The translations under genes were made by a program, and so were the position numbers. From Minisyncoccia bacterium (GTDB lineage: Bacteria > Patescibacteriota > Minisyncoccia > Phycocordibacterales > Phycocordibacteraceae): a stretch of 64,000 bases of DNA. This document shows, piece by piece, positions 34,285 through 46,047 of this stretch; within the stretch, counting starts at the first letter, position 1, and each line of letters starts with the position of its first letter. The notes under the pieces are model-generated. The model saw only the letters and a list, made by a program, of their open reading frames with translations, was not told the DNA's origin and did not search any database. The stretch lies in assembly GCA_038212075.1 (NCBI GenBank), contig JBBQUV010000004.1, forward strand, positions 12,317-76,316, given 5' to 3'.

Positions 34285-36222
34285 TTACACCCCAATAAGC
34301 ACGGGAATAACCATTGGTGCTTTGTTGGTCCGAGTGAAGAGGAATCCTGCAAGGGTGTCGGAAAGCGTATTTTTCACGTAATCCAAGTCCACCGGATTCA
34401 TTCCTTGCGTCGTATCTTCCACTGTCTTTTTAATCAAAAGGCGTGCTTGATTCAACATGTCCTGTGATTCGCGAAGATACACGAATCCGCGAGAAATGAT
34501 GTCTGGAGATTTACGCAATTTGCCAGTCTTCAAGTTCACTGTCGCAATAACCACGAACATACCGTCCTTGGCGAGCATTTGACGGTCACGAATGACCACT
34601 TCCTGTATATCGCCGATAGAGAAGCCATCCACGACAAGCGGAGCCGAGGGCACTTTGTCTTTGTGAATTTCAAGACGTTCACCATCGATGATATCAATCA
34701 CTGTTCCGTTATCCGGAATAATGATTTGTTCGCGTGGACGACCGGCTTGCTCCACTGCCTTTGCGTGACAGGCGAGCATTGAGTAGTAGCCGTATGCGGG
34801 CATGAAGAATTTTGCGCCGACGGTTTTGTTAATCCACACGAGTTCACCCGTGTTTCCGTGTCCTGTTGAGTGCACGTCGGACGAACGGTAGTGAATAAGA
34901 GTGGCGCCGTTACGGTACAAATTGTCTTTCAGCTTTTGCACAGCAAGTTCGTTGCCTGGAATAACCGAGGAAGAAAGCACCACGGTGTCGCGGTTAGTAA
35001 GCTGAATAGATTTGTGTTGTTTCGTTGCAATACGCATAAGTGCGGCGAATTCTTCACCTTGGGCACCTGTTGCAAGAATAACAATCTTGTCCGGCGGATA
35101 ATCGCCGACTTCCTGTGACGGAATAAGTGTTCCTTTTTCAAGTTTCAAGAGTCCCGTTTTTTGCGCAATTTCAAGGTTGTTTTTGATAGAGCGGCCTTCG
35201 GTCACCACTTTCTTTCCAAGCTTTTCGGAAATTTGAATGATGCGAATCATACGTTCAAACTGTGAAGCGAAGGTGCCAATGATGAGGCGTCCTGGGACTG
35301 CTTTCACAATGTCTTCCAGTGTTTGGTGCACGCGGCTTTCAGGAATAGAAAATCCATCTTTTTCCGCGTTTGTAGAGTCGCCAATGAAAAGAAGATTATT
35401 TTCCTTTCCGAGCGCTCCCCACTTATCTTTTTCGTGCTGAGCAGGATCACCATTTTCATGATCAAGCTTCAAGTCTCCGGTGAAGATAACGTTTCCGTAC
35501 GGAGTTTCAATCGCCACACCCATAGAGTCTGGAATGGAGTGGGTGACGGGGAAGAATTTTACTTTGCAGGAACCGATAGTAACCGTGTTGCCAACGTCAA
35601 CAACGACGAGTTCCGGTTTCGGCATATCCGGGTATTCTTCTTGGCGCTTCTGAATCATAATCGCCGTAAGATTTTGCGTGTAGATTGGCGGATTGCCGAA
35701 TCGATTCATCAAAAACGGAATACCGCCGATGTGGTCGAGGTGACCGTGGGTAATAATTACGCCGCGAACACGACTCGCATTGCGTTCAAGATATTTGGTG
35801 TTCGGAAGAATGTAGTCTACACCCGGTGAAGCGTCTTCAGAAACAAATTGGAATCCGGCATCGACGACAAAGATATCGTTACCGACTTCAACGGCGCACA
35901 TGTTTCGTCCGACTTCCTCAACGCCTCCCAAGGGGACGATGCGAACGACGTTTGGTGCAACAGGTGCAGGAATATATTCCGCTGTTTGTTTTTGTGTTGG
36001 GGGGCCTGGACGGCGAAGCATTCTGCGAATTTCGCGCGATTTGCCGCCGGGGCGTCCGCCACTACGGCGAGGGCCGCCACGGTTGAATCCGCCGCCATCT
36101 CGCTCGGGTGGTCGTCCTTGTCCGCCATCTCGCGGGGTAAATGGGCGAGGGTGAGCCGAATGCCCGTCTGGAGATCGGTGTGGTTGGTGGGGTGCCGGTG
36201 CCGGCGCTGGTGCTGGTGACAT
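34285..36222 (-). CDS. rnj: Ribonuclease J with Arg/Gly/Pro-rich N-terminal extension
   Basis: PLGGVEEVGRN, THGHLDHIG, HSIPD, DSTNA, HSTGHG. Confidence 0.95.
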   Translation of the reverse strand: MSPAPAPAPAPHQPHRSPDGHSAHPRPFTPRDGGQGRPPERDGGGFNRGGPRRSGGRPGGKSREIRRMLRRPGPPTQKQTAEYIPAPVAPNVVRIVPLGGVEEVGRNMCAVEVGNDIFVVDAGFQFVSEDASPGVDYILPNTKYLERNASRVRGVIITHGHLDHIGGIPFLMNRFGNPPIYTQNLTAIMIQKRQEEYPDMPKPELVVVDVGNTVTIGSCKVKFFPVTHSIPDSMGVAIETPYGNVIFTGDLKLDHENGDPAQHEKDKWGALGKENNLLFIGDSTNAEKDGFSIPESRVHQTLEDIVKAVPGRLIIGTFASQFERMIRIIQISEKLGKKVVTEGRSIKNNLEIAQKTGLLKLEKGTLIPSQEVGDYPPDKIVILATGAQGEEFAALMRIATKQHKSIQLTNRDTVVLSSSVIPGNELAVQKLKDNLYRNGATLIHYRSSDVHSTGHGNTGELVWINKTVGAKFFMPAYGYYSMLACHAKAVEQAGRPREQIIIPDNGTVIDIIDGERLEIHKDKVPSAPLVVDGFSIGDIQEVVIRDRQMLAKDGMFVVIATVNLKTGKLRKSPDIISRGFVYLRESQDMLNQARLLIKKTVEDTTQGMNPVDLDYVKNTLSDTLAGFLFTRTNKAPMVIPVLIGV

Positions 36223-36313
36223 AGATATGTAGATAATTTATTTTAATTTTTGTCTGAGTTTTTGATTGTGCTCAGTTGGGAATTCGGAACCATTCCGAAC
36301 TTTCAACTACTCA

Positions 36314-38035
36314 CTATCGAGTTTTTAAAAATGGCCACACATGCTCTGTACGCAAATACCACACTGCCGCTGTCGCAAAGCGATCAGACGGTGCGGTGAT
36401 TTGTGGAAGCATGAGCCCACTAAGCTCCGGTGGCACGGTGTACAAGAAATCCGGTGCGTATACGAATGCGGCAGGGTAATCGGCGGAAACAAGTTCATTT
36501 ATTTTAGCAACATCTGCGCTTACTGCACTTGGGTTGGTCTCCACACGACTTTTTTCAAGAAGCGTGTCCACGTCTTTATTTGCGTAGAGCGCGATGTTGA
36601 GGCCGGGATCATTTCGTTCTGCGGAATCCCAGAAAGCATATAGGTCACGGTCACGGCCTATGACCATTCCAAAAAGGAGCGCATCGTACTTACGAGGACG
36701 AATCACGTTTTGGGCAAGGTCACCCGCTTCATATAGTTCAATGGATACAGGAACCCCGAGTGCTTCCCAGTCTTCCTTCACCGCCGTTGCTACTGCTTTC
36801 AACTCCGGAACGTTGGATGTGCGCAGAGTAATGGAAAGGGTGAGTGTTGATTTTGGCAGTTCCCATGCGCGCGTCGTACTGTTGTACACCCACCCTGCAC
36901 TTTCAAGTGTTTTTGTAGCGTCCGCAATTCGTGTCGCGGAATTTGGAATGGGAAGGTTCGGAACATCGCTTCCGGGTGGCACGGGCCCAATAAGGGGGTT
37001 TGCAAATCCACCAAGCACATCGTTCACGATGCTGTCGCGATTGAGTGCAAGCGAAAGCGCTTTGCGTACTTCAAGCCGCGCGAATGCAGGGTTTTGGTTC
37101 GGATTGAAGAATACGCCAAAAACGCGAGAGTACGGAGCGGTGTGAGCGCCCGTTCCTGGAATGCCGTACGCGCTCTGCACTTGACCGTTTTTCAAAGCGT
37201 CAGTGAGTTCTTGGTTGTCTGACAAGAAGACGAAGCGAATACCGTCTAAGTAGGGGCGACCAAGGACATAGCTTTTATTTGCGGCAAGATTGTACTCACT
37301 AATAATGCCACTTTTGTCTCTGGAAACGGACGATACTGTAAAGGGTCCTGCGCCAACGGGTTCGGTGTTGAGTATTGAGAATGGAAACTCTTCGTCAGCA
37401 ACACCTTTCCATAAATGAGCCGGCAAAATACCAAGTGTCGTATTTCCCACAAACGGGGCATAGGTTTTTGAGAGCGTAAACTCCACGGTGCGTGTATCAA
37501 GCGCGCGCGCCGCAATTCCTGTCCAGTTCGCGTATTCCGGTGATTTTAGTGCCGGGTCTTGCGCTTTCTGAATGGTGAAGACAACATCATCAGCAGTTAC
37601 CGCGCTTCCGTCTGAAAAGACAGCATCTTTTCGCAAAATAAACGTATAGGTTTTTCCATCAGGAGAAACGGTATAGCTTTCTGCAAGTTTTGGCACCAAG
37701 TTGCCGTTGCCGTCTTCACCCAGAAGTCCGGCATACGTAAGCGCCACAAGGTCGCGGTCAGAATCCGACAATGCAAGCAAGGGGTTCACAAACCGTGGCG
37801 AGCCCACAACACCTTCGGTGAGTGTTCCTCCATAGCCGGGTTCCGTCACAAGCAAGCGCTGTTCAAGCGCGTATAGACTGAGCAGACTTCCGAGTACGAC
37901 AAGCACACCAAGTGCGCCGGCAATAACCCTATCGCCAAGAGAAAGGGAATATACGTACGCGGACAAGCGTTCAATCTGCGGAATTGTCCGCGTTTGCTTC
38001 AACCGCTCTGTGAGAGGTGCGTTTTCGTTTTGCAT
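36314..38035 (-). CDS. ABC transporter peptide-binding protein (family 5)
   Basis: N-terminal TM, PKLAESY.VS.DG..YTF.LR, FSDG..VTADDVVFT, PVGAGPF. Confidence 0.88.
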   Translation of the reverse strand: MQNENAPLTERLKQTRTIPQIERLSAYVYSLSLGDRVIAGALGVLVVLGSLLSLYALEQRLLVTEPGYGGTLTEGVVGSPRFVNPLLALSDSDRDLVALTYAGLLGEDGNGNLVPKLAESYTVSPDGKTYTFILRKDAVFSDGSAVTADDVVFTIQKAQDPALKSPEYANWTGIAARALDTRTVEFTLSKTYAPFVGNTTLGILPAHLWKGVADEEFPFSILNTEPVGAGPFTVSSVSRDKSGIISEYNLAANKSYVLGRPYLDGIRFVFLSDNQELTDALKNGQVQSAYGIPGTGAHTAPYSRVFGVFFNPNQNPAFARLEVRKALSLALNRDSIVNDVLGGFANPLIGPVPPGSDVPNLPIPNSATRIADATKTLESAGWVYNSTTRAWELPKSTLTLSITLRTSNVPELKAVATAVKEDWEALGVPVSIELYEAGDLAQNVIRPRKYDALLFGMVIGRDRDLYAFWDSAERNDPGLNIALYANKDVDTLLEKSRVETNPSAVSADVAKINELVSADYPAAFVYAPDFLYTVPPELSGLMLPQITAPSDRFATAAVWYLRTEHVWPFLKTR

Positions 38036-38069
38036 GCGATTCGCGCAGGACGACTCCGTCCGCTACGAT

Positions 38070-38300
38070 TTAGATGAGGAAACCGGCGATTGCTGCTGCC
38101 ACGAAAAGGAGCGCAACGACAATAGTCGCGTTGAAAAAGAATTTTTCAGCGCCGCGCCGCTTGTAGAACGTGGAAGAGAAGTTGTCACCCCCAAAAGCCC
38201 CTCCAAGGCCTGCCCCTCGTTGCTGGAGGACAATGCCGATGATGAGGAGAAGGGAGAGCGCAATCTCTATGTAGGGCAATGTTGCCGTAAATGCCTGCAT
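38070..38300 (-). CDS. secG: Preprotein translocase subunit SecG
   Basis: Two TM segments, VLQQRGAGLGGAFGG, RRGAEK. Confidence 0.88.
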   Translation of the reverse strand: MQAFTATLPYIEIALSLLLIIGIVLQQRGAGLGGAFGGDNFSSTFYKRRGAEKFFFNATIVVALLFVAAAIAGFLI

Positions 38301-38388
38301 CTGTGGTACGAACCTTACCATAACCGGGTGGGGGCGGGCAAATGCGGGTGGGGAAAACGCTCTGCCCGCTCCGCTTGTATATAAATAA

Positions 38389-38424
38389 TTCGGCGCGGCA
38401 GGTGGTGTTCCTGCTCGCGCCGAA
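38389..38424 (-). terminator. Hairpin terminator of orphan 38429-38791
   Basis: TTCGGCGCGGCAGG...CCTGCTCGCGCCGAA with AT-rich tail on minus strand. Confidence 0.55.
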
Positions 38425-38428
38425 GTTC

Positions 38429-38791
38429 TCAATTTTTCTGTGGTCGTGAACCTACCTCCATCGCCTTCAGAGCGAAATCAACAGCGTCGTCACCCCATAT
38501 AGGTTTCAACATGTTAATGCCACCTCTCCAGCTAACAGCCAGTAAGTCTTCGGCGCTTCCCTTGATGAGCTGTTTGTTGTCTTCAAAGGCGCCGCGCAAG
38601 AACGCTTGAATGGCGTCGGAACTAGTGGCCATTCGTTCGGCGTACTGTTTGCGTTGCCGCTCCAAGAAATCCGCGTCATTTGCCGCAATTTCAAGAAGGG
38701 TACCCCAAAGAAATTCGAGGCCTTTTCGTGCGTTTTCGCACCGCAGTTCGAAAGGAAGACCTTCCGCTGCATACGATTTTATTTCCGTCAC
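38429..38791 (-). CDS. Hypothetical protein
   Basis: GGAG SD, GTG start, TTGACT-16-TAAAAT upstream. Confidence 0.55.
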   Translation of the reverse strand: MTEIKSYAAEGLPFELRCENARKGLEFLWGTLLEIAANDADFLERQRKQYAERMATSSDAIQAFLRGAFEDNKQLIKGSAEDLLAVSWRGGINMLKPIWGDDAVDFALKAMEVGSRPQKN

Positions 38792-38919
38792 CTAACTACT
38801 CCATGTTCAAGTTCATGATTATTTTAAATAAAATCTCATATAAGTCAAGTCGTGTTGCGTACCGTCGCCCGTTTCTCTATACTTCACACACTCGTTTTAT
38901 TAGGGTAACGCTTCAACAT

Positions 38920-39228
38920 ATGGCAAAAACTGAAATGCTTGGAATTACACCGCTCGCAGACCGTGTCGTGGTGCAACCAATGGTCAAAGAAGAAAAGTCG
39001 GTGTCGGGCATTATCATTCCGGATACGGTAAATAAGGAGAAGCCGGCAAAAGGTACGGTGGTTGCCGTAGGTCCGGGGCGTTATACCGATGAAGGGAAGC
39101 GCATTCCTATGGACGTGAAGGTTGGTGACAAGGTTTATTTCAAAAAGCCGTGGGACGAACCTATCAAGATTAATGACATTGAATACTATATCCTTTCCGA
39201 ATCGGAAATCACGCTCACTTTTAAATAA
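38920..39228 (+). CDS. groES: Co-chaperonin GroES
   Basis: PLADRVVV, SGIIIPD, VVAVGPG, VKVGD. Confidence 0.95.
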   Translation: MAKTEMLGITPLADRVVVQPMVKEEKSVSGIIIPDTVNKEKPAKGTVVAVGPGRYTDEGKRIPMDVKVGDKVYFKKPWDEPIKINDIEYYILSESEITLTFK

Positions 39229-40887
<1,659 letters not shown>

Positions 40888-40905
40888 AACGTTACAACAA
40901 AAACA

Positions 40906-40941
40906 AACAAAACCGCTCCGGTAAACCGGAGCGGTTTTGTT
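40906..40941 (+). terminator. groEL terminator
   Basis: AACAAAACCGCTCCGGT-aa-ACCGGAGCGGTTTTGTT. Confidence 0.85.
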
Positions 40942-41049
40942 ATGCACACTGTTTTTTATTTTGAAACTATAAACTAACTGTGGTGATACTATGCGAACAT
41001 ATGAAAAAATCTCTGCTTCTGGTAGCAGGGGGAATGATATACGGTTTCT

Positions 41050-42264
41050 ATGACAACCGACGCAGTACAGCGCGAGCTTAAGCGTGGTAGCCAACTCTCG
41101 GTTATCGCACTTGTCGGAGCGCTCATAGAAAAAGCGAGTAAAGTTTGTTCATCCGACATTCACCTTGAGCCAACATTGCATGGCCTCGTTGCGCGCTTGC
41201 GTGTTGATGGCGTCCTGCATGACGCGTACGTTTTTCCCAAAGAAATACGTTCGGAAATTATCTCCCGTATTAAAGTGCTCTCGAGGTTACGTACAGACGA
41301 ACACCAAATGACCCAAGACGGGCGTTTTCGATACGACTTGCGAGACAGTTCGTTTGTAGACGTGCGCATATCTATTGCGCCTACCTATCATGGAGAAAAC
41401 GCCGTACTCCGTCTTCTTTCTAACACCGCAGAAAATTACACACTTGGCGCGCTTGGCTTTAGTGTAGAGGATACTGAAAAAATCACGAATGCCATACGAA
41501 AACCAAACGGGATGATTCTTTCCACGGGGCCAACCGGTTCCGGAAAAACAACCACCATGTACACGCTCATCCGAATGCTCAATTCTCGAGATGTTTCCGT
41601 GGTTACCATTGAAGATCCTATTGAATATGCGGTGGAGGGCATTGAACAAATTCAAGTGAATCCGCACGCTGGACTTACCTTTGCGAACGGACTGCGCACC
41701 ATTCTTCGGCAAGATCCAAACATAATTATGGTGGGTGAAATTCGCGATGCAGAAACGGCAAGCATTGCGGTCAATACCGCGCTTACCGGACATCTTCTCT
41801 TGTCTACGCTTCATACTAACGATGCCGCAACAACACTCCCACGCCTTCTCGATATGCACGTGGAAGCATTTTTGGTTGCGTCCACTATTCGCATTGCCAT
41901 CGGTCAACGGTTGGTGCGTAAAATTTGTGGTGCCTGCCGTGAAGAAGCGCCCATTACTGCAAAAGTAGCGAAATATCTTTCAGCGTCCTCACTTCGCAGT
42001 AAGGTGCGAGCGAACAATATCTTTTTCAAAGGAAAAGGATGCGATGGGTGTAATCACACTGGATATAGCGGTCGTATATGTTTGAACGAAGTAATGGAAA
42101 CGAATGCAGATATCCAGCAAGCTATTTTAAATCGAGCGCCTGCAGCAGAATTAAAAAAGATTGCGATAAAAAATGGAATGACACCAATGCTTGAAGATGG
42201 TTTCCAAAAAGCGCGCACGGGCGTGACCACTCTCGAAGAGGTGCTGCGCGTAGTGAATGATTAG
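41050..42264 (+). CDS. pilB: Type IV pilus/T2SS assembly ATPase (PilB/GspE), lacking N-terminal domain
   Basis: SDIHLEP, GPTGSGKTTT, TIEDPIE, LRQDP, TGHL..STLH, two CxxC. Confidence 0.85.
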   Translation: MTTDAVQRELKRGSQLSVIALVGALIEKASKVCSSDIHLEPTLHGLVARLRVDGVLHDAYVFPKEIRSEIISRIKVLSRLRTDEHQMTQDGRFRYDLRDSSFVDVRISIAPTYHGENAVLRLLSNTAENYTLGALGFSVEDTEKITNAIRKPNGMILSTGPTGSGKTTTMYTLIRMLNSRDVSVVTIEDPIEYAVEGIEQIQVNPHAGLTFANGLRTILRQDPNIIMVGEIRDAETASIAVNTALTGHLLLSTLHTNDAATTLPRLLDMHVEAFLVASTIRIAIGQRLVRKICGACREEAPITAKVAKYLSASSLRSKVRANNIFFKGKGCDGCNHTGYSGRICLNEVMETNADIQQAILNRAPAAELKKIAIKNGMTPMLEDGFQKARTGVTTLEEVLRVVND

Positions 42265-42266
42265 CT

Positions 42267-43454
42267 ATGGTAAAGAAACACACTTCGGTGCTTGGACGAT
42301 TGCGCAAGCGCGCGTCCACTCATGGTAAAAAAGTAATCGCTTCGCGAGCGAGCGTTTTTATACGTGCCATCTACGTACGATATGTGGCATATTCGCTCAC
42401 TCGTACACCTCGTCTGTCTATCACCGAACAAACTTTTTTTGTAAAACGGCTCGCCTTCCTCATTACTGCCGGTATTCCTATTTTGGAAAGTCTGCACATG
42501 CTTCGCGAACAATCACGTTCGCGTATGTATGTTCGCGTGATGGATGCAATCATTGATGATGTTGCCAACGGACAAACTCTTTCAAAAAGTCTTTCAAAAT
42601 TTCCGGAAATGTTCGGTGAGTTCGGCGTGAACATCATTATGGTGGGGGAGGCGAGTGGTAGTTTAAGTAAAAATCTTGAATATCTTGCAAATGAACTCAA
42701 TAAAAAAGAAGCACTTCGCCGCAAACTGCTTGGCGCGCTTGCGTATCCTGCACTGATTACAGCCACGACACTCGGCATCACCGCGTTCTTGATGATCTAC
42801 CTGTTTCCAAAAATTATGCCGGTGTTCACTTCGCTCAACATGAAGCTACCGCTTTCAACACGTATCGTTATTGGCGCAAGCAATGTTCTTCGAAACCACG
42901 GGCTTATGTTGTTCGTCCTTATCACCGCTCTCGTGATTGCTTTTTTCGTGACGTATCACCGTGATCGTATTTTTCGCGAACACGTTGATCGCCGTATGCT
43001 AGGGGTGCCCGTGCTCGGTAAGCTCATTCGCTATTACAGTCTTGCCCATTTTACTCGCACGCTCGGATTACTTATAAAAAGTGGCGTAACGTTTCCAAAT
43101 GCGCTAGCGATTGTTGCCACCACGAGCGGTAATACTGTGTATGAAAAACACGCGCGAGAGCTTGAAGAAAGGGTGATACGCGGCGAAGCCATCTCGCCGT
43201 ACTGTGCGATACACCGTAATGCATTTCCAGATAGTATGGCGCAGATGCTGGCGGTGGGGGAGCGTACAGGAAATCTCTCCAACACGCTTGTATATCTGTC
43301 CGAGTTTTATGAAAAAGAAATGGATGATCTTACCAAGAATATCTCCACTCTTATTGAACCTGGGCTGATGATTTGTATGGGACTTCTGATTGGGTTCATT
43401 GCTATCTCTATAATTACTCCTATCTATGGCATTACACAAAATCTTCATCCATAA
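42267..43454 (+). CDS. pilC: Type IV pilus platform protein (PilC/GspF)
   Basis: AGIPI..SL, GEASGSL, YP, GERTGNL, IEP. Confidence 0.88.
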   Translation: MVKKHTSVLGRLRKRASTHGKKVIASRASVFIRAIYVRYVAYSLTRTPRLSITEQTFFVKRLAFLITAGIPILESLHMLREQSRSRMYVRVMDAIIDDVANGQTLSKSLSKFPEMFGEFGVNIIMVGEASGSLSKNLEYLANELNKKEALRRKLLGALAYPALITATTLGITAFLMIYLFPKIMPVFTSLNMKLPLSTRIVIGASNVLRNHGLMLFVLITALVIAFFVTYHRDRIFREHVDRRMLGVPVLGKLIRYYSLAHFTRTLGLLIKSGVTFPNALAIVATTSGNTVYEKHARELEERVIRGEAISPYCAIHRNAFPDSMAQMLAVGERTGNLSNTLVYLSEFYEKEMDDLTKNISTLIEPGLMICMGLLIGFIAISIITPIYGITQNLHP

Positions 43455-43962
43455 GCGTAAACCTTCATCGCGAGGATTCACGCTTATGGAAATACTCGTG
43501 GTGCTTGTCGTCGTCGGTACCATCGCTAGCTTTTCTTTATTTGTGGACATACGAAATTATCACAGTGACGCGTTTCGTGCTGAACGCACGACGCTTATTA
43601 CTCTACTTCAAACCGCGCGTGCAAACGCACTCAATAACGTAGGTGAAATGCCGCATGGTGTTGCTATTTTCCCGAACGATCACCCAAACAGTTACGTGCT
43701 TTTTGACGGTGCCGATTATGCAACAAGTAATAATTCAACACACCAGATCATCGATGCGGGTTACCACGTGGTGTTTGATGTCGATTCTCCTACGCAAATT
43801 ATTTTTTGTCAGTTAAGCGGCGACATCGTTACCAGTATTCAAGAAAGTACACGCTGTGATGATGCGGTGAATAGGTATGATGGGAAGATAGTTCTTATAG
43901 ATACGGAGAGAGGGCTACCATTTGATATCACACTCAATCATGAAGGCGGTATTAGTTGGTAA
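43426..43962 (+). CDS. Prepilin (FimT/GspH-like minor pilin)
   Basis: RG|FTLMEILVVL class III signal. Confidence 0.85.
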   Translation: MALHKIFIHKRKPSSRGFTLMEILVVLVVVGTIASFSLFVDIRNYHSDAFRAERTTLITLLQTARANALNNVGEMPHGVAIFPNDHPNSYVLFDGADYATSNNSTHQIIDAGYHVVFDVDSPTQIIFCQLSGDIVTSIQESTRCDDAVNRYDGKIVLIDTERGLPFDITLNHEGGISW

Positions 43963-45478
43963 GCACCGAGGGTTTAGTACTCTTGAAATAATGATCGCCC
44001 TTGCGGTGATAGCTATTGTGCTGGCCGGTGTGATTTTGGCAGATTTTGGTGTCCAATACTGGACGGTGACAGCTCAAACCAGCAACGAGGCACTCTACAA
44101 AGGCAAAGTGCAACTTGAAAAAATTCGCTCTGCATCGGTGCATGATTTCTATTCTGCCGTTTCAACTCCGTCTACCAAAGATACCGATACGGCATGCGGT
44201 AGTGGTGGCCTCTGCTACTACATACAAAACACCGTCGCCGATATTTCCCCGTGTTCAAAGTATGTGGAAAGTACCATCTCATGGCAGGTGCCACGCTACC
44301 CAACATCAACCACCTATCTGCCGTCGTATCTTTCAAGTGCCAAAGAAGCTGTTTCTCTTGGTGGAGATTGCGGTCTCAATTATCCGTTTGGCGCGTGGTC
44401 AAGTCCTATCGAAATGAGTAATGGGAACCTTGCCGCTCCACCAACCGGTATTGATGTGGTGAACGGTGTTGCGTATGTTACTGAAAGCACAAGCCCCTAT
44501 TTTGAAGTCACGTCTGTAAGTGCCCCGGGAAGCACCTCGGCACTCGCACCGCCAAGAGATCCAGCATCCTTTAATGCGCTAGACGTGGCTCGCGATTTAG
44601 CAACGGGGCGGTTGTATGCGTATGTCGCCGCAAATAATACGCAATTTCGGGTGATTGATGTCACTAATCCAAAAAGCCCCCTCCAGATAGCAAGTAGTGT
44701 GCTATCTGGAGTAGCAACAAGCACATCGCAAGGGCAGGGATGGCGCATTGTCTACTACGATCGCAAGGTATATCTCACCACTCGGTACAATAGTGGGCTA
44801 CCGGAACTGCATATTTTTGATGTTGGCTACCCTATACGTCCTTTTGAAGTTGGATACGACACCGTAGCAAAAAGACTGGGTATCTCACTTGGCACGTCGG
44901 TGTACGATATGGCGATTCGTGATCAGTATTCAGCCGTCGATAAAAAAATACACCGCTTTTTATTTCTCGCTACAACACTCACTACTGGTGAGCTGAAGGT
45001 GCTTGATGTAAGCGATCCAAAAAAAGTAAACCCAACACCGATTGCCACGTGTGATTTACGTGGAAACTATCAAGCAACTGCCATTACTGTGTTAGGTAAT
45101 ACGCTCTACCTTGGTCGGGATACACCAAGCGGAACGCCAGACCTTCTTGCGTTTGACGCTACTGATCCACTTTCGCCATCGTTCTGTACACCACTTGGCC
45201 AAACGGAAGTAGAGACAGGTTTTTTGGACTACAGTCGCCATGTCGTAGGTATTCGTGCAAGTGGGCCATACCTTTATATAGCCACTACCAACACTACCCG
45301 TGCGCATGGGCAAGTGCAGGTGCGCAGTGTACTTCCGTCCAGTCTTTCACTTCTTGGCACCTTTGCCGTCCCTCTGCTTACGGACAACGCCTTAGACTTT
45401 GATGGCGGTGCCAATATGCTCTATATACCGAGCGGCACGTCTTCAGGAAAACTACAGTCCATCACCAGCTCACCATGA
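43940..45478 (+). CDS. Large pilin with C-terminal LVIVD-repeat beta-propeller
   Basis: RG|FSTLEIMIAL; repeats YAYVA..FRVIDVTNP, LHIFDV, LKVLDVSDP. Confidence 0.8.
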   Translation: MKAVLVGKHRGFSTLEIMIALAVIAIVLAGVILADFGVQYWTVTAQTSNEALYKGKVQLEKIRSASVHDFYSAVSTPSTKDTDTACGSGGLCYYIQNTVADISPCSKYVESTISWQVPRYPTSTTYLPSYLSSAKEAVSLGGDCGLNYPFGAWSSPIEMSNGNLAAPPTGIDVVNGVAYVTESTSPYFEVTSVSAPGSTSALAPPRDPASFNALDVARDLATGRLYAYVAANNTQFRVIDVTNPKSPLQIASSVLSGVATSTSQGQGWRIVYYDRKVYLTTRYNSGLPELHIFDVGYPIRPFEVGYDTVAKRLGISLGTSVYDMAIRDQYSAVDKKIHRFLFLATTLTTGELKVLDVSDPKKVNPTPIATCDLRGNYQATAITVLGNTLYLGRDTPSGTPDLLAFDATDPLSPSFCTPLGQTEVETGFLDYSRHVVGIRASGPYLYIATTNTTRAHGQVQVRSVLPSSLSLLGTFAVPLLTDNALDFDGGANMLYIPSGTSSGKLQSITSSP

Positions 45479-45948
45479 AAGCAGACCCACACAAAGGATT
45501 TACGCTTCTGGAAGTTGTCATATATATAGGACTTTTCGCTATAGTAATGGGTGGTGCCATTACGGCGACAGTGCAATTGTTAAAAAGCGGTGAAAGAAAT
45601 GAACGATCGGCGGCAATACAAGAAGAAGGCACTTTTCTTATTCGCAAAATCAATTGGCTTGTCACGAGCTCCTCTGTAGTAAGTGCGCACGGCGGTGATT
45701 CGCTCACCATAACAAAACGTAATGGTCCGGATTTTAATTCCGCAACAGATAACCCGCTCGTACTTACGGGGCAGGACGGTGCGGTTACTGTCACTCGCGG
45801 TTCGCTACCTTCTGTAACCTTAAATTCCGATGCCTTGCCCGTAACCGACTTTGTAGCAACGGTAGATAGCTCATCAGGAAAAACAGTCGTAGATGTGCAT
45901 TTCGCCATTCAAACCATACCGTTCGTATTTACAACCTACTTACGATAG
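45475..45948 (+). CDS. Prepilin (minor pilin)
   Basis: KG|FTLLEVVIYIGL. Confidence 0.85.
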   Translation: MKADPHKGFTLLEVVIYIGLFAIVMGGAITATVQLLKSGERNERSAAIQEEGTFLIRKINWLVTSSSVVSAHGGDSLTITKRNGPDFNSATDNPLVLTGQDGAVTVTRGSLPSVTLNSDALPVTDFVATVDSSSGKTVVDVHFAIQTIPFVFTTYLR

Positions 45949-46047
45949 AGGCGTTAGTCGCACAACCCTCTTTACGGTGTTATAGTCCCGCCAGAACCGA
46001 TTTTCATAAGAAAATCGGTGGTTTAACGCTCATCAAGGGAGAGTACT

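Noticed and set aside
40991-41081. Short uORFs upstream of pilB (MRTYEK..., MKKSLLLVAGG...)
   Set aside because: Very short, no SD and no second copy to support them; cannot be distinguished from chance
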